A stretch of DNA of 64,000 nt from Candidatus Marinacidobacterales bacterium (GCA_965219415.1 CBDCNP010000002.1:3840001-3904000); one strand, 5' to 3'; shown: positions 41,411-50,923, counted from the stretch's first letter. The notes: generated by a model not told the origin, from the letters alone. Numbers and translations are program-made.

Positions 41411-41421
41411 GGTGTCTAAAC

Positions 41422-42741
41422 TCAGTGGAAAGACTCGAGAAAGCTTTGCACCAGCTTGTCGAAGTCGGGATCGGAACTCATCATCCCCTTTACCTTTCGG
41501 ATGGAGTGGATCACGGTGGAGTGGTGTTTTCCGCCGAAGCCCTTGCCAATGTCAGGAAGGCTGGCGGTGGTGAGTTGCTTGGCCATATACATGGCGATCT
41601 GGCGGGGCAGGGCGACCGATTTGGAGTTGTTGCGAGCCTTGAGATCCGAAATCTTTAGGCTGTAGTGGTCCGCCACGAACTTCTGGATCATATCTAGGTT
41701 GATGATGCGATCTTCGTTTGGGAGGAGGTCGCGCAGAACATCCTTTGCGAGCTCTAAATTCACAGGCCGACCGGTCAGCGAGGAGTAGGCGATCAGCCGG
41801 ATAAGAGAGCCTTCGAGCTCTCGGACGTTAGACTTGATTTTAGAGGCGATGAAGATGGCTACGTTGTCGGGGATGTGGACCTGTTCCGCGTCCGCCTTCT
41901 TCCTGAGGATCGCCACTTTGGTCTCGAGGTCGGGGGCTTGGATGTCTGCAGTAAGTCCCCATTCGAAACGGGAGTGGAGCCTCTCTTCCAGGGTGGGGAT
42001 GGCCCGAGGAGGAGCGTCACTGCTAATGGCAATTTGTTTCTGAGCGTCGTAGAGGGCGTTGAAGGTGTGAAAGAATTCTTCTTGGGTGCGCTCTTTACCC
42101 GCGATGAACTGAATGTCATCGATCAGCAAGACGTCGATGGAGCGGAGTCGGCGCCGGAAGTCGAGGATGCGGTCGTAGCGGATCGCGTTGATGAGATCGT
42201 TCATGAACTTTTCGGCGGAGATGTAGACCAAGCGAACGTTGTTGCTCTGCTGAAGGATCTGCTGACCGATGGCGTGCAAGAGATGGGTTTTCCCGAGGCC
42301 CACGCCGCCGTAGATGAACAGCGGGTTGTAAGCTCGCGAAGGGGACTCCGCTACCGCTCGCGCCGCGGCGTGCGCGAACTGATTGCTGGTGCCGACGACG
42401 AAGTTGTCGAACGTATACTTGGCGCTCAGCGCCGGGAGCTCTCGCTTGTCGGGAACCGTCGAAGAGGTTGTTTCGATTGCCGATGGAACCTCATGCTCAG
42501 CGGCGGCTTGCGCTGCTTCGAAAACGACTTCGACGTCATGTCGATCCAACTCGTCCAGGGACTCGTGAATGACCCCGGTGTAGTGCTTGGTTAGCCAGTC
42601 GCGGAAGTGCGTGTTGGGGACTTGAATCGCCAGCGTGTTGCCGGTCTCGAACAATAGCCGCGTCGGTCGAAACCAAGTATTGAAGCTATGCCGGTTTACC
42701 TTGGATTCGATTCGTGTGAGAATGCTCTCCCAGAGATCCAT
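41422..42741 (-). CDS. dnaA: Chromosomal replication initiator DnaA
   Basis: YTFDNFVVG, GGVGLGKTHL, IDDIQF, QEEFFHTFN, NVRELEG, GGKHHSTVIHS. Confidence 0.98.
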   Translation of the reverse strand: MDLWESILTRIESKVNRHSFNTWFRPTRLLFETGNTLAIQVPNTHFRDWLTKHYTGVIHESLDELDRHDVEVVFEAAQAAAEHEVPSAIETTSSTVPDKRELPALSAKYTFDNFVVGTSNQFAHAAARAVAESPSRAYNPLFIYGGVGLGKTHLLHAIGQQILQQSNNVRLVYISAEKFMNDLINAIRYDRILDFRRRLRSIDVLLIDDIQFIAGKERTQEEFFHTFNALYDAQKQIAISSDAPPRAIPTLEERLHSRFEWGLTADIQAPDLETKVAILRKKADAEQVHIPDNVAIFIASKIKSNVRELEGSLIRLIAYSSLTGRPVNLELAKDVLRDLLPNEDRIINLDMIQKFVADHYSLKISDLKARNNSKSVALPRQIAMYMAKQLTTASLPDIGKGFGGKHHSTVIHSIRKVKGMMSSDPDFDKLVQSFLESFH

Positions 42742-42844
42742 AGTTCAGACCAGGTCAAACCCTTTAAAATGAATGACTTCCCAAAGCCGTCGCGGATGTC
42801 TCGTAGGGCACTTCGAGGACACCGCGGGCACTCTCGCGGAGACG

Positions 42845-42876
42845 TTTTGCACAGTTTTTTCCACAGGTGTTGAAAA
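42845..42876. promoter_or_regulatory. DnaA box cluster upstream of dnaA
   Basis: TTTTGCACA (42845) and TTTTCCACA (42857) match TTWTNCACA; TGTTGAAAA (42868) is a 1-mismatch reverse box. Confidence 0.75.
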
Positions 42877-43012
42877 AAAGTACATCCAACGACTTCACTG
42901 CTGACGCAGTTTGCGGTTTTTGTACCGGACGAGCGGTGAACATTAGCACAAGCGATCGACTCCGACAAGAGAAATGTACGACGCACGTTCGGTGAAAAAA
43001 TTTCTTCCCTGG

Positions 43013-43041
43013 TTGACAGTCCGAACGGACGGAGGTAGCAT
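43013..43041 (+). promoter_or_regulatory. Sigma70 promoter of the rpmH operon
   Basis: TTGACA, 17-nt spacer, TAGCAT. Confidence 0.65.
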
Positions 43042-43125
43042 GGCTGTTTTGGCTATTGAACGTTTTCGTCTCGGTTCTTGCACGCGGGATCGGAAAGGCG
43101 GCTCAGCCGTGAGAGAGGTCAGAAC

Positions 43126-43260
43126 ATGAAACGGACATTCCAGCCGAACCGTCGGCGTCGAAAGAAGACGCACGGGTTCCGGATCCGCATGAGTAGCAAG
43201 GCGGGTCGCGCTGTGATCGCGCGGCGTCGTCGCAAGGGCAGGCGTCGTCTCGCCGGCTAA
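43126..43260 (+). CDS. rpmH: 50S ribosomal protein L34
   Basis: [22 protein letters not shown]...[10 protein letters not shown]. Confidence 0.97.
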   Translation: MKRTFQPNRRRRKKTHGFRIRMSSKAGRAVIARRRRKGRRRLAG

Positions 43261-43312
43261 GCCGGCTGAGCCAGCGAGGGGTGACGAGACGGGCGAGCGC
43301 GCTTCGGGTGCC

Positions 43313-43681
43313 TTGAACCAACAGCTTGGTGGCCCGGATCGATTGAGACGGAAGGCAGATTTTGAGAGAGTCTACTCGAAAGGACGACGGATTCCCGGAC
43401 GATTCTTTATCGGCTACCTCTTGTTACAGGAGGGGGCGCCGCTTCGGGTCGGCGTCGTTGCCAGCCGTCGAGTGGGAGGCGCGACTATCCGGAACCGCGC
43501 CAAGCGTCGCCTCCGCGAAATCTTCCGCAAGAACAAACCAAGCGGTTCGATAGCTGCGGATGTCATCCTCATTGCCAGAGCAGCCATCATCGAGGCCAGC
43601 TTCGAGGAGATTGCTAGAGCCTATGTTCGAGGGGTGGGCCGAGCTCTCGAGGAAAGCCGCCGCGATCTTGGAGGCTCTTGA
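43313..43681 (+). CDS. rnpA: Ribonuclease P protein component
   Basis: [28 protein letters not shown] (RNR motif); synteny. Confidence 0.93.
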   Translation: MNQQLGGPDRLRRKADFERVYSKGRRIPGRFFIGYLLLQEGAPLRVGVVASRRVGGATIRNRAKRRLREIFRKNKPSGSIAADVILIARAAIIEASFEEIARAYVRGVGRALEESRRDLGGS

Positions 43682-43901
43682 TCGGCTCGTACTGGCGCGA
43701 GTGGTGCTGGCCGGAATCTGGCTCTACCGGCTCAGCCTGTCGTGGTTGTTCCGCGGCACGTGCCGTTTCGTCCCTTCCTGCTCCGCCTATTCGGCTGAGG
43801 CGGTGGCGCGTTACGGAGCCATCCAGGGGATCTGGATGACGGTTCGTCGGCTCGGAAGATGCCACCCCTTTAGCCCCGGAGGCTTTGACCCCGTTCCTTA
43901 A
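43668..43901 (+). CDS. yidD: Membrane protein insertion efficiency factor
   Basis: [24 protein letters not shown]; start uncertain (TTG 43668 or ATG 43623). Confidence 0.88.
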   Translation: MEALDRLVLARVVLAGIWLYRLSLSWLFRGTCRFVPSCSAYSAEAVARYGAIQGIWMTVRRLGRCHPFSPGGFDPVP

Positions 43902-43909
43902 GGACCTTC

Positions 43910-45772
43910 ATGGAAAAGCGAATTCTGATGGCGTTCGCGCTGTCGTTCATGGTCTTCACGCTTTATTTAAAGTTTTTTGCTCCGCCGCCACAATCACCGC
44001 TGGTTCCCGAGGGCGGGCAACCAGGGAGTGTTGTCGAGGACGCCGGCCGTCGGCCCCTCGAAACGTCGAGACCTCCTTCACCGTCGGCGTCGCCAGCGAC
44101 GCAGCCGAGTGAGGTTTTGGACGAAGGCTCCGAAGCCGAGGCGCCCTCGGGGGAGGTTCGCGCCGACACCATCGAGAGGACGATCGAAGTCAACACTCCC
44201 CTTTATCGGGCACAGCTGCTGAATCGCGGCGCCCGCATACGGAGCTTCATCCTCAAGGAGTATGCGGACGAACAGGGGAACCCTTTCGAAATGGTTCCGA
44301 TCGAGGCCAGCGAGACCCTGAGGATCCATCCCCTCGCCCTCGATCTCGAGGACCCCGCCATGACGGATGAAGTCAAGGATGCGCTTTTCGAGACGTCGCG
44401 ACAGCGGGTGGACTTGCGCTCGGGGGAAACGGGAGAGCTCTCCTTCGATTGGGCGAACGGGCGAGGGCTCACCGTCAGCAAGAAAGTGAGATTTTCCGCT
44501 GACACCTACCGGCTCGCGGTCGAAGTCTCGGTCCAGCAAGACGGCACCGAGCTCAGCAAGACGATTCTCTTCGGTCCCGGCGTCGGAGATCAGGCGCGCG
44601 AAGGCAGATACGTGCAACCCAAACAGGGCGTCATCCAGTCGAATGGCGAGATGGAGTTCTTCTCGCTCGGCGACATCGAAGACTTCCCCGGGGCCTCGGT
44701 GGGAGTCCAGCTTGCGGGTGTTTCAGCGCATTACTTCGCCGGGCTCATGGTGCCGGCGAGAGGTAGCCGCTATGCCGCCATGCTCGAGACGCCCTACAAG
44801 ATCACGAACGAAGAAGGCGACGTCTGGTTTAGGGATCAAAGCGACGCTGATCGAGAGGCAGCAAGGCTGGCCGAGCAGCAGATGCAGCGGACGGGTAGGT
44901 TGGAAAGGCCCCAGAAGTCCCAGAGGCTTGATTTCATCACCGCTGGGCTCGAGGCGGCGAACGCACCTCTAGCGGCGACGGTTTTCATGGGGCCCAAGGA
45001 GACCGACCGACTCGCGGCGCTCGCACCCGGAATGGAGAGCGTCGTCGACTACGGGAGCTGGATGCGTTATCTGGCCTTGCCCCTTCGCCAAGCCCTCTTG
45101 TGGATCCACGGCTATGTCGGCAACTTCGGATGGTCGATCGTCCTGCTGACGATTAGTATCAACGTCCTCCTCGTTCCCCTCAAGCACCACAGCTACGTCT
45201 CGATGCAGAAGATGCAGAAGCTCAGTCCGCAAATCAAGAGAATCCAGGAGCGGTACAAGAAGCTCAAGCCAACCGACCCCCGTCGGCAGGACATGAACAA
45301 GGAGGTCTACGGTTTGTACAAGGAGCACAACGTCTCCCCGTTGTCGGGGTGCCTGCCGATGCTCCTCATGATCCCCTTCTTCTTCGCCTTCTACCGGTTG
45401 CTGATGGTTTCGATCGAGCTACGTCAAGCTCCGTGGATTCTCTGGATCCAAGATCTTTCCAACTTCGATCCCTTCTTCGTGTTGCCCATTTTGATGGGTG
45501 TCAGCCAGGTCGCGATTCAGAGATTGAGCCCCCAAACCTCTGCCGATCCGGTGCAGGCCAAGATCATGGCCTTCATGCCGGTGGTGTTCGTCTTCATCTT
45601 GGCCTGGGCTCCAGCCGGCTTGGTGTTGTATTGGTTCGTGAACAATTTGGTCTCCCTGGGTCAGCAGACCGTGACCAACCGGATGCTGACGGAGGGCGAG
45701 CAGGAACAGGCGAGTACGGCTGGGGGTAAGAAAAAGAAGAAGAAGAAAGCGAGCGCCCAGACGGCCGTCTGA
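43910..45772 (+). CDS. yidC: Membrane protein insertase
   Basis: N-terminal TM, periplasmic domain, GNFGWSI, SGCLPML, WIQDLS, AGLVLYWFVNN. Confidence 0.95.
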   Translation: MEKRILMAFALSFMVFTLYLKFFAPPPQSPLVPEGGQPGSVVEDAGRRPLETSRPPSPSASPATQPSEVLDEGSEAEAPSGEVRADTIERTIEVNTPLYRAQLLNRGARIRSFILKEYADEQGNPFEMVPIEASETLRIHPLALDLEDPAMTDEVKDALFETSRQRVDLRSGETGELSFDWANGRGLTVSKKVRFSADTYRLAVEVSVQQDGTELSKTILFGPGVGDQAREGRYVQPKQGVIQSNGEMEFFSLGDIEDFPGASVGVQLAGVSAHYFAGLMVPARGSRYAAMLETPYKITNEEGDVWFRDQSDADREAARLAEQQMQRTGRLERPQKSQRLDFITAGLEAANAPLAATVFMGPKETDRLAALAPGMESVVDYGSWMRYLALPLRQALLWIHGYVGNFGWSIVLLTISINVLLVPLKHHSYVSMQKMQKLSPQIKRIQERYKKLKPTDPRRQDMNKEVYGLYKEHNVSPLSGCLPMLLMIPFFFAFYRLLMVSIELRQAPWILWIQDLSNFDPFFVLPILMGVSQVAIQRLSPQTSADPVQAKIMAFMPVVFVFILAWAPAGLVLYWFVNNLVSLGQQTVTNRMLTEGEQEQASTAGGKKKKKKKASAQTAV

Positions 45773-45807
45773 CGGCCGCCGCGGCAACCGACGACGAGTG
45801 GAGGAAC

Positions 45808-46254
45808 ATGAGTATCGAGGAAGAGGTTCGAGCCTTCCAAACTGAGGTGGTAGAGCGCATGGGATTCGACCTCCGCGTCGAGGTCGAGTCGACGGATGAG
45901 AACATACTCGTGGAGGTGAGTGGCCCGGATCGGGACGACGTGCTGCAGGAGAAAGCGGAGCTCCTAGAGACCTTCCAGTACCTGCTCAACCGTGTCTTCG
46001 CGACGCGTCTTTCCGGTCGGCGTGTCGTTGCCGACTGCGATGGCTTCCGAATGCGCAAGGAAGAGGAGCTCCGGCAGATCGCTCAAAAGGTCTCCGAAAG
46101 GGTCAAGCTCACTGGAGACAAAGAAGCCCTCGGGCAGATGAATCCCCATGAGAGGCGCATTGTTCATATGGCGGTGGCCGAGGAAGAGGGGGTCACGACC
46201 GAGAGCGACGGCGACGGTTTCCTGAAGCGCATCACCATCCTTCCCGAAGACTGA
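45808..46254 (+). CDS. jag: Jag/KhpB-like RNA-binding protein (KH + R3H, no Jag_N domain)
   Basis: MNPHERRIVH R3H motif; follows yidC. Confidence 0.8.
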   Translation: MSIEEEVRAFQTEVVERMGFDLRVEVESTDENILVEVSGPDRDDVLQEKAELLETFQYLLNRVFATRLSGRRVVADCDGFRMRKEEELRQIAQKVSERVKLTGDKEALGQMNPHERRIVHMAVAEEEGVTTESDGDGFLKRITILPED

Positions 46255-46309
46255 CGTTCCAATCCTCGCACCCCAACCAGGAACCCCGTACCTGCCAGAG
46301 GAGAGTGGC

Positions 46310-46954
46310 TTGCCAAACCGTCTCGAAGACCGCCTCCGCAGACCAGACATCCCCCTGAGCAGCGCCCAGGTCACGCAGCTGGTCAAGCTCGATGACTTGG
46401 TCGACGAGTGGAGCAAAGCGGTCGATCTCTCGGGATTTCGAGATGGTGACGAACGCTTTCCGCGTTACGTGGCGGAGCCTCTCGACGCCCTTCGATGGCT
46501 CCCCGACCGCACCGGCGCGGCTCTCGATATCGGTTCCGGTGGGGGCAGCCCCGCCCTTCCCTTGGCCGTCGCGCGTCCGGCCAATCACTGGACCCTGCTC
46601 GAGCCCAACCGCCGACGAGCGGTTTTTCTGGAGGAAGCGCTGTCGATCCTGGCGCTCGAAGGGTCGCGAGTGGTCCGCCGACGGTGGGAAGACTTCGTTC
46701 CAGACGTCCCGTTCCTGACCATTACGAGTCGTGGCGTGGCGTTGCCCGAGAGCTGCCTTTCGAAAATGGCCGATTGGCTCGAGCCGGCAGGAAGACTTCT
46801 CTTGTTCACGGGCCAGGAGCGTAGCGAGGAGTTAGTGCGGTGGGGAGCCAGCATCCCCCTGCTCAAGCTAGAGGCGCAGACCGCCCTGGCCCCCCAGCTC
46901 AAGGCGTGGCTGGTCGTCTTCGAGAAGCTCGGGGAGAGGCGCGAGACACCGTGA
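46310..46954 (+). CDS. rsmG: 16S rRNA m7G527 methyltransferase
   Basis: LDIGSGGGSPALPL, LLEPNRRRAVFL, ITSRG; synteny before parA. Confidence 0.85.
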   Translation: MPNRLEDRLRRPDIPLSSAQVTQLVKLDDLVDEWSKAVDLSGFRDGDERFPRYVAEPLDALRWLPDRTGAALDIGSGGGSPALPLAVARPANHWTLLEPNRRRAVFLEEALSILALEGSRVVRRRWEDFVPDVPFLTITSRGVALPESCLSKMADWLEPAGRLLLFTGQERSEELVRWGASIPLLKLEAQTALAPQLKAWLVVFEKLGERRETP

Positions 46955-47321
46955 GCAATGAAAGTCTTTCGGCCAACTCATCGAGCCGCTCGCGGTCCGG
47001 GTGACGGAACCGCGATTTGATCTCCACCATTTCCCTCCAGATGCCAAAGGCCTCTCGCTTGTGCCCCTGCAAAGGGTAGCGGTCGAAATGGTCTACAACG
47101 GGGAGGAACTCGTTATGGCGCGTGACGCGGTAGTAGAGCCCCCCGGGCGAGACCGGATAAATGCTACCCCCGCCCCAATAACTCTGAAGGCCCTCCAGGA
47201 TGACCCGGTCCTGCTCGGGTAGACGAAGCGAAAAGTAAACCGAGATGTTGCCTGCGGCGCGGCTGAAGGTGAAAGACCCGCTGGCGTCGGCGAGTCCGGT
47301 GACGTATTCAGGGGCTAGCAT
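46899..47321 (-). CDS. Free-standing single-motif LAGLIDADG homing-endonuclease-like protein, catalytic acid replaced by Ser
   Basis: YVTGLADASGSF motif, D..ILEGLQSYWGGGSIY, YYRV, VDHFDRYPLQGHKREAF; typical LAGLIDADG_1 pattern. Confidence 0.82.
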   Translation of the reverse strand: MLAPEYVTGLADASGSFTFSRAAGNISVYFSLRLPEQDRVILEGLQSYWGGGSIYPVSPGGLYYRVTRHNEFLPVVDHFDRYPLQGHKREAFGIWREMVEIKSRFRHPDRERLDELAERLSLLTVSRASPRASRRRPATP

Positions 47322-47362
47322 CGTTATGAGCCTGGGGCACCTGAAACTGTTTATATCAGAAC

Positions 47363-47378
47363 TGTTTCACGTGCAACA
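47363..47378. promoter_or_regulatory. parS centromere site
   Basis: TGTTTCACGTGCAACA, 15/16 match to TGTTTCACGTGAAACA, ~90 bp upstream of parA. Confidence 0.85.
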
Positions 47379-47470
47379 CTCGCTTACGATCACCAAGTGG
47401 GTGGCACTTGTCGACACTTCATGGTTTCCAGCTGGGATGGGCGTCATGCTATGCTGTGCTTTTCCGCTTT

Positions 47471-48247
47471 ATGGGCAAAATCGTCGCTATAGCTAACCAA
47501 AAGGGTGGTGTCGGAAAGACCACCACCGCGATCAACCTAGGGTCCTCCCTCGCCGCGGCCGAGGCCCGCACGCTCGTCGTGGATGTAGATCCCCAGGCGA
47601 ACCTCACGAGTGGGCTAGGTCTTAGGCCGAAATCTCGAAACGGGACCATTTATGACGCCCTCATCGAGGAGAAACCGGTCACGAGCTTGATCGTGGACAC
47701 GTCGCTCGAACACTTGAAGGCGATCACGTCGGAGCGCAATTTGACCGGTGCGGAGATCGAGTTGGTGGGCGAGTCGCGCCGAGAGTTTCGGCTCAAGGAC
47801 ATTCTGGCGCCGGTCGTCTCGAAGTTCGACTATGTGCTCATTGACTGTCCGCCCTCCTTGGGGTTGCTTACGGTGAACGCCTTGGTGGCTGCCGACTCGG
47901 TTCTCATTCCCCTGCAGTGCGAGTTCTTTGCGCTGGAGGGAATGAGCGAGCTCATGTCCACCGTCGAGAGAATTCAGCAGAGTTTCAACCCTGAGCTCAC
48001 GATCGAGGGCATTCTCTTGACGATGTTCGACGAGCGGACGAACCTCTCCTCCCAAGTCATCGACGACGTCCGGAAGCATTTCCGAGGGGCGGTCTTCGAA
48101 AGCGTCGTGCCCCGCAATATCCGGCTCGCCGAGGCACCTTCCCATGGCCAACCGATTCTTCTGTATGACATTCGGTCCAAAGGGGCGGAGGCGTATTTAT
48201 CGCTTACCAAGGAGATCCTGAAGCATGAAACGCAAGGCGCTCGGTAA
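47471..48247 (+). CDS. parA: Chromosome partitioning ATPase ParA/Soj
   Basis: NQKGGVGKTTT, DPQAN, DCPPSLG, QCEFFALEG, PRNIRLAEAPSHG. Confidence 0.96.
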   Translation: MGKIVAIANQKGGVGKTTTAINLGSSLAAAEARTLVVDVDPQANLTSGLGLRPKSRNGTIYDALIEEKPVTSLIVDTSLEHLKAITSERNLTGAEIELVGESRREFRLKDILAPVVSKFDYVLIDCPPSLGLLTVNALVAADSVLIPLQCEFFALEGMSELMSTVERIQQSFNPELTIEGILLTMFDERTNLSSQVIDDVRKHFRGAVFESVVPRNIRLAEAPSHGQPILLYDIRSKGAEAYLSLTKEILKHETQGAR

Positions 48248-49106
48248 AGGATTATCCGCCCTGCTCCCGGAAGCCCCCGTCGGCGCCGCCAACAATTGGG
48301 CGGAGGTCGACATCGAGCGCATCGATCCGAACCCCTTCCAGCCGCGACAACACATGGGGGAGGAGAAGCTCCGCGAGCTGGCGGAGTCGCTGTCGAACCA
48401 AGGGTTCGTGCAACCGCTCCTGGTTCGACGTCTCGCCGGACGCTATCAACTCATCGCCGGAGAACGGCGTTGGCGAGCCGCCCGGCTGGCCGGGCTCCAG
48501 AAAGTGCCGGTGGTCGTCCGGCAAGTTGGCGAGTCCCAGCTTCTCGAGCTGGCACTCATCGAGAACATCCAGCGAGAAGAGCTGAACCCCATCGAAGAGG
48601 CGGGTGCCTACCAGAGACTGATTTCGGATCTCGGTTTGTCCCAGGAGCAGATCGCAGCGCGCGTCTCCAAGGACCGATCCACGGTAGCCAACATGCTTCG
48701 GCTGCTGCGTTTACCGGCCGCCATTCGGAAGGCCATCGCCCAGCAACAAATCTCCCCCGGTCACGCCCGACCACTCCTGGCACTGGGGGGTGCCGAGGCC
48801 CAGATCGGCGTTGCCCGCGAGGTCGTGGAAAGAGGACTTTCCGTTCGTGAGGTCGAGCGGCGTGTGAAGACGCTGCTTACCGAGCGGAGCCGGTCGGTAA
48901 AGAAGAAGACCAAGTCCCCTCGCACCGATCCAAATACCCGCGCCGCCGAGGGTCGGCTCCGCCAGGTCCTGGGCACCCGGGTGCGGATCCTACGAAAGGG
49001 TCGTGCCGGAAGCATCGAGCTCTCCTATCACTCCGAGGAGGAGCTCAACCGCCTTTACGAGATACTGCTCCGCGGAGCTCGTGCGAAGCTATCGCGCATC
49101 CGCTGA
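48225..49106 (+). CDS. parB: Chromosome partitioning protein ParB
   Basis: KALGKGLSALL, NPFQPR, GERRWRA, IENIQREELNPIEEA, HTH. Confidence 0.96.
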   Translation: MKRKALGKGLSALLPEAPVGAANNWAEVDIERIDPNPFQPRQHMGEEKLRELAESLSNQGFVQPLLVRRLAGRYQLIAGERRWRAARLAGLQKVPVVVRQVGESQLLELALIENIQREELNPIEEAGAYQRLISDLGLSQEQIAARVSKDRSTVANMLRLLRLPAAIRKAIAQQQISPGHARPLLALGGAEAQIGVAREVVERGLSVREVERRVKTLLTERSRSVKKKTKSPRTDPNTRAAEGRLRQVLGTRVRILRKGRAGSIELSYHSEEELNRLYEILLRGARAKLSRIR

Positions 49107-49186
49107 GCTCACCTGACAAGAGAGAAACAACAGAAAGAGATGTATCGTTCAACAAAGTGTGCGCCGGAAAGGGGGCAACATTGAAA

Positions 49187-49594
49187 ATGAAGGGTGAGGC
49201 AGCGGGAGATCTTTCCGGCTTTCTCGATAGCGAAACAGACCTAACCGGCGAGCTCAATTTCAAGGACACGCTGCGCATCGACGGGAAGTTCCAGGGGAGC
49301 GTACGGACGGGAAAGAGCTTGGTGATTGGCGAGACGGCGGATGTCAACGCGGAGATCGATGTGGAATCGATCTTCATCAGCGGGAAGGTGCAAGGTAAGG
49401 TGCGGGCGAGCGAGCGCGTCGAGCTTCACCGGACCGCGCGGGTCGATGCAGAGATCCACACCAAGATTCTCGTCGTCGAGGAAGGCGCTCAGTTCGAGGG
49501 TCATTGTTCGATGAAGAGCGTGACGACCAAGAAGCCGCTCGAGCCAACCGCTGGGGCACAGAGAGAAAAGAAACAAATTTTTGGGGTGAAGTGA
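49187..49594 (+). CDS. Bactofilin (polymer-forming cytoskeletal protein)
   Basis: LTGELNF..TLRIDGKFQG, ISGKVQGKV, VEEGAQFEGHC; start approximate. Confidence 0.88.
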   Translation: MKGEAAGDLSGFLDSETDLTGELNFKDTLRIDGKFQGSVRTGKSLVIGETADVNAEIDVESIFISGKVQGKVRASERVELHRTARVDAEIHTKILVVEEGAQFEGHCSMKSVTTKKPLEPTAGAQREKKQIFGVK

Positions 49595-49627
49595 CACCCC
49601 GGCACCCTGTTGGCAAGGAACGAAAAA

Positions 49628-50689
49628 ATGCTGAAAGCGTTGAAGAAAAACAGGAGGCTCACCGAGCTAGTCACCTGTGCCGGGTGAGCGTCCAAACTGA
49701 GTCCATTGGACCTCGCCCAGGTTCTGGGAGGCTTGCCGAAAAACGAGAACCCTCGCGTACTGGCCGATTACCGTCAGGCCAGCGACGCGGGGGTGTATCT
49801 TTTGGACGGAGAGAACGGGAGCGACGCCCTCGTTCAGAGCGTAGACTTCTTCACTCCGATCGTCGACGACCCTTACATCTATGGGGCGGCGACCGCCGCC
49901 AACTCGCTGTCTGATCTCTACGCCATGGCCGCGACTCCCATGACCGCGCTCTCCATCGTCGGGTTTCCTAAAACCGGTGTCGACTTTTCGATTCTCGCCG
50001 AGATGCTACGCGGCGGGCACGACAAGCTCCACGAGGCGGGCGCGGTGCTCCTCGGTGGTCATACCGTGCAAGACCCCGAAATGAAATTGGGTTATGCGGT
50101 AACCGGCAGGGCAAAGCGGGATGCACTGGTCAGCAATGGTGGTGCTCGGACGGGCGACCTGCTCTATCTCACCAAGCCCATCGGTACCGGCGTTCTCTCG
50201 ACGGCGCTCAAGAAAGGGAAGCTGAGCGACAATGCGGGCGCTGCCCTTCATCGGAACCTCGTTACGCTCAACCGAGCTGCCTCCGAAGTGATGCAGGAGA
50301 TCGGGGTCTCGTCCGCGACCGACATCACCGGCTTTGGATTGCTTGGGCATGGCGCAGAAATGGCGCGCGCGAGCTCCGGGACCCTGGAGATAGATTCTGA
50401 ATCGGTGCCGCTCCTTCCCGAGGCGATGCACCACCAGAAGAAGGGCCACGTGACGGGGGGGCTAGAGACAAATCGCAGCTACGTCGAGGATATCCTCGAG
50501 ATCGCCGGCCAGGTTGATCGCCATCTCGCCGAATTACTACTGGATCCGCAGACCTCGGGCGGGCTGCTCATCGCCGTTCCCGAGGCGAAAGACGAATCCT
50601 TCCGGCAAGCACTCTCCGCCAAAAAGGCCGCGGCGGCCAGGATCGGTCGCGTCATTTCGGAAGAGCAGGCGAGAATCGTCGTGGTGTGA
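49628..50689 (+). CDS. selD: Selenide, water dikinase with in-frame selenocysteine (UGA 49685-49687)
   Basis: MLKALKKNRRLTELVTCAG-U-ASKL is in frame with DAGVY, QSVDFFTP, ANSLSDLYAM, GGHT, TDITGFGLLGH, DPQTSGGLL. Confidence 0.92.
49711..49731 (+). promoter_or_regulatory. Putative bacterial SECIS hairpin
   Basis: CCTC-G-CCCAG-GTT-CTGGG-AGG stem-loop with G in the apical loop, ~32 nt after the UGA. Confidence 0.6.
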
Positions 50690-50724
50690 GCCCCGAATCC
50701 TAGGCGGCCGGCCCCTTCAGGCTC

Positions 50725-50861
50725 GACGCCAAAATACCCGGTCGCCACTAGCGGAGGTAGCCAGGCGTCTCGTAGATCTTGTTGGGCGTCCAGTTGGCGT
50801 CTCATAAGTTCCTGCTGGCCGCCAAAATACCTGGTTGCCAATCTCAAGCTAGCCGGGCGGC
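50725..50861 (+). repeat. Two copies of the ~44-bp element (50725-50769, 50818-50861)
   Basis: GACGCC AAAATA CCCGGTCGCCACTAGCGGAGG TAGCCA GGCGTC; GCCGCC AAAATA CCTGGTTGCCAATCTCAAGC TAGCCG GGCGGC. Confidence 0.75.
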
Positions 50862-50923
50862 GGGTGCTGCTATTGGTCGCGGCAGAACGCCGGTAAGTCT
50901 CGCCCTTTAAAGGGCTCGGTTCG

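Noticed and set aside
46899-47340. Group I intron or intein hosting the LAGLIDADG ORF
   Set aside because: Flanking rsmG and parA are uninterrupted, the ORF is antisense to them, and there is no space for a ribozyme core and no splicing motifs
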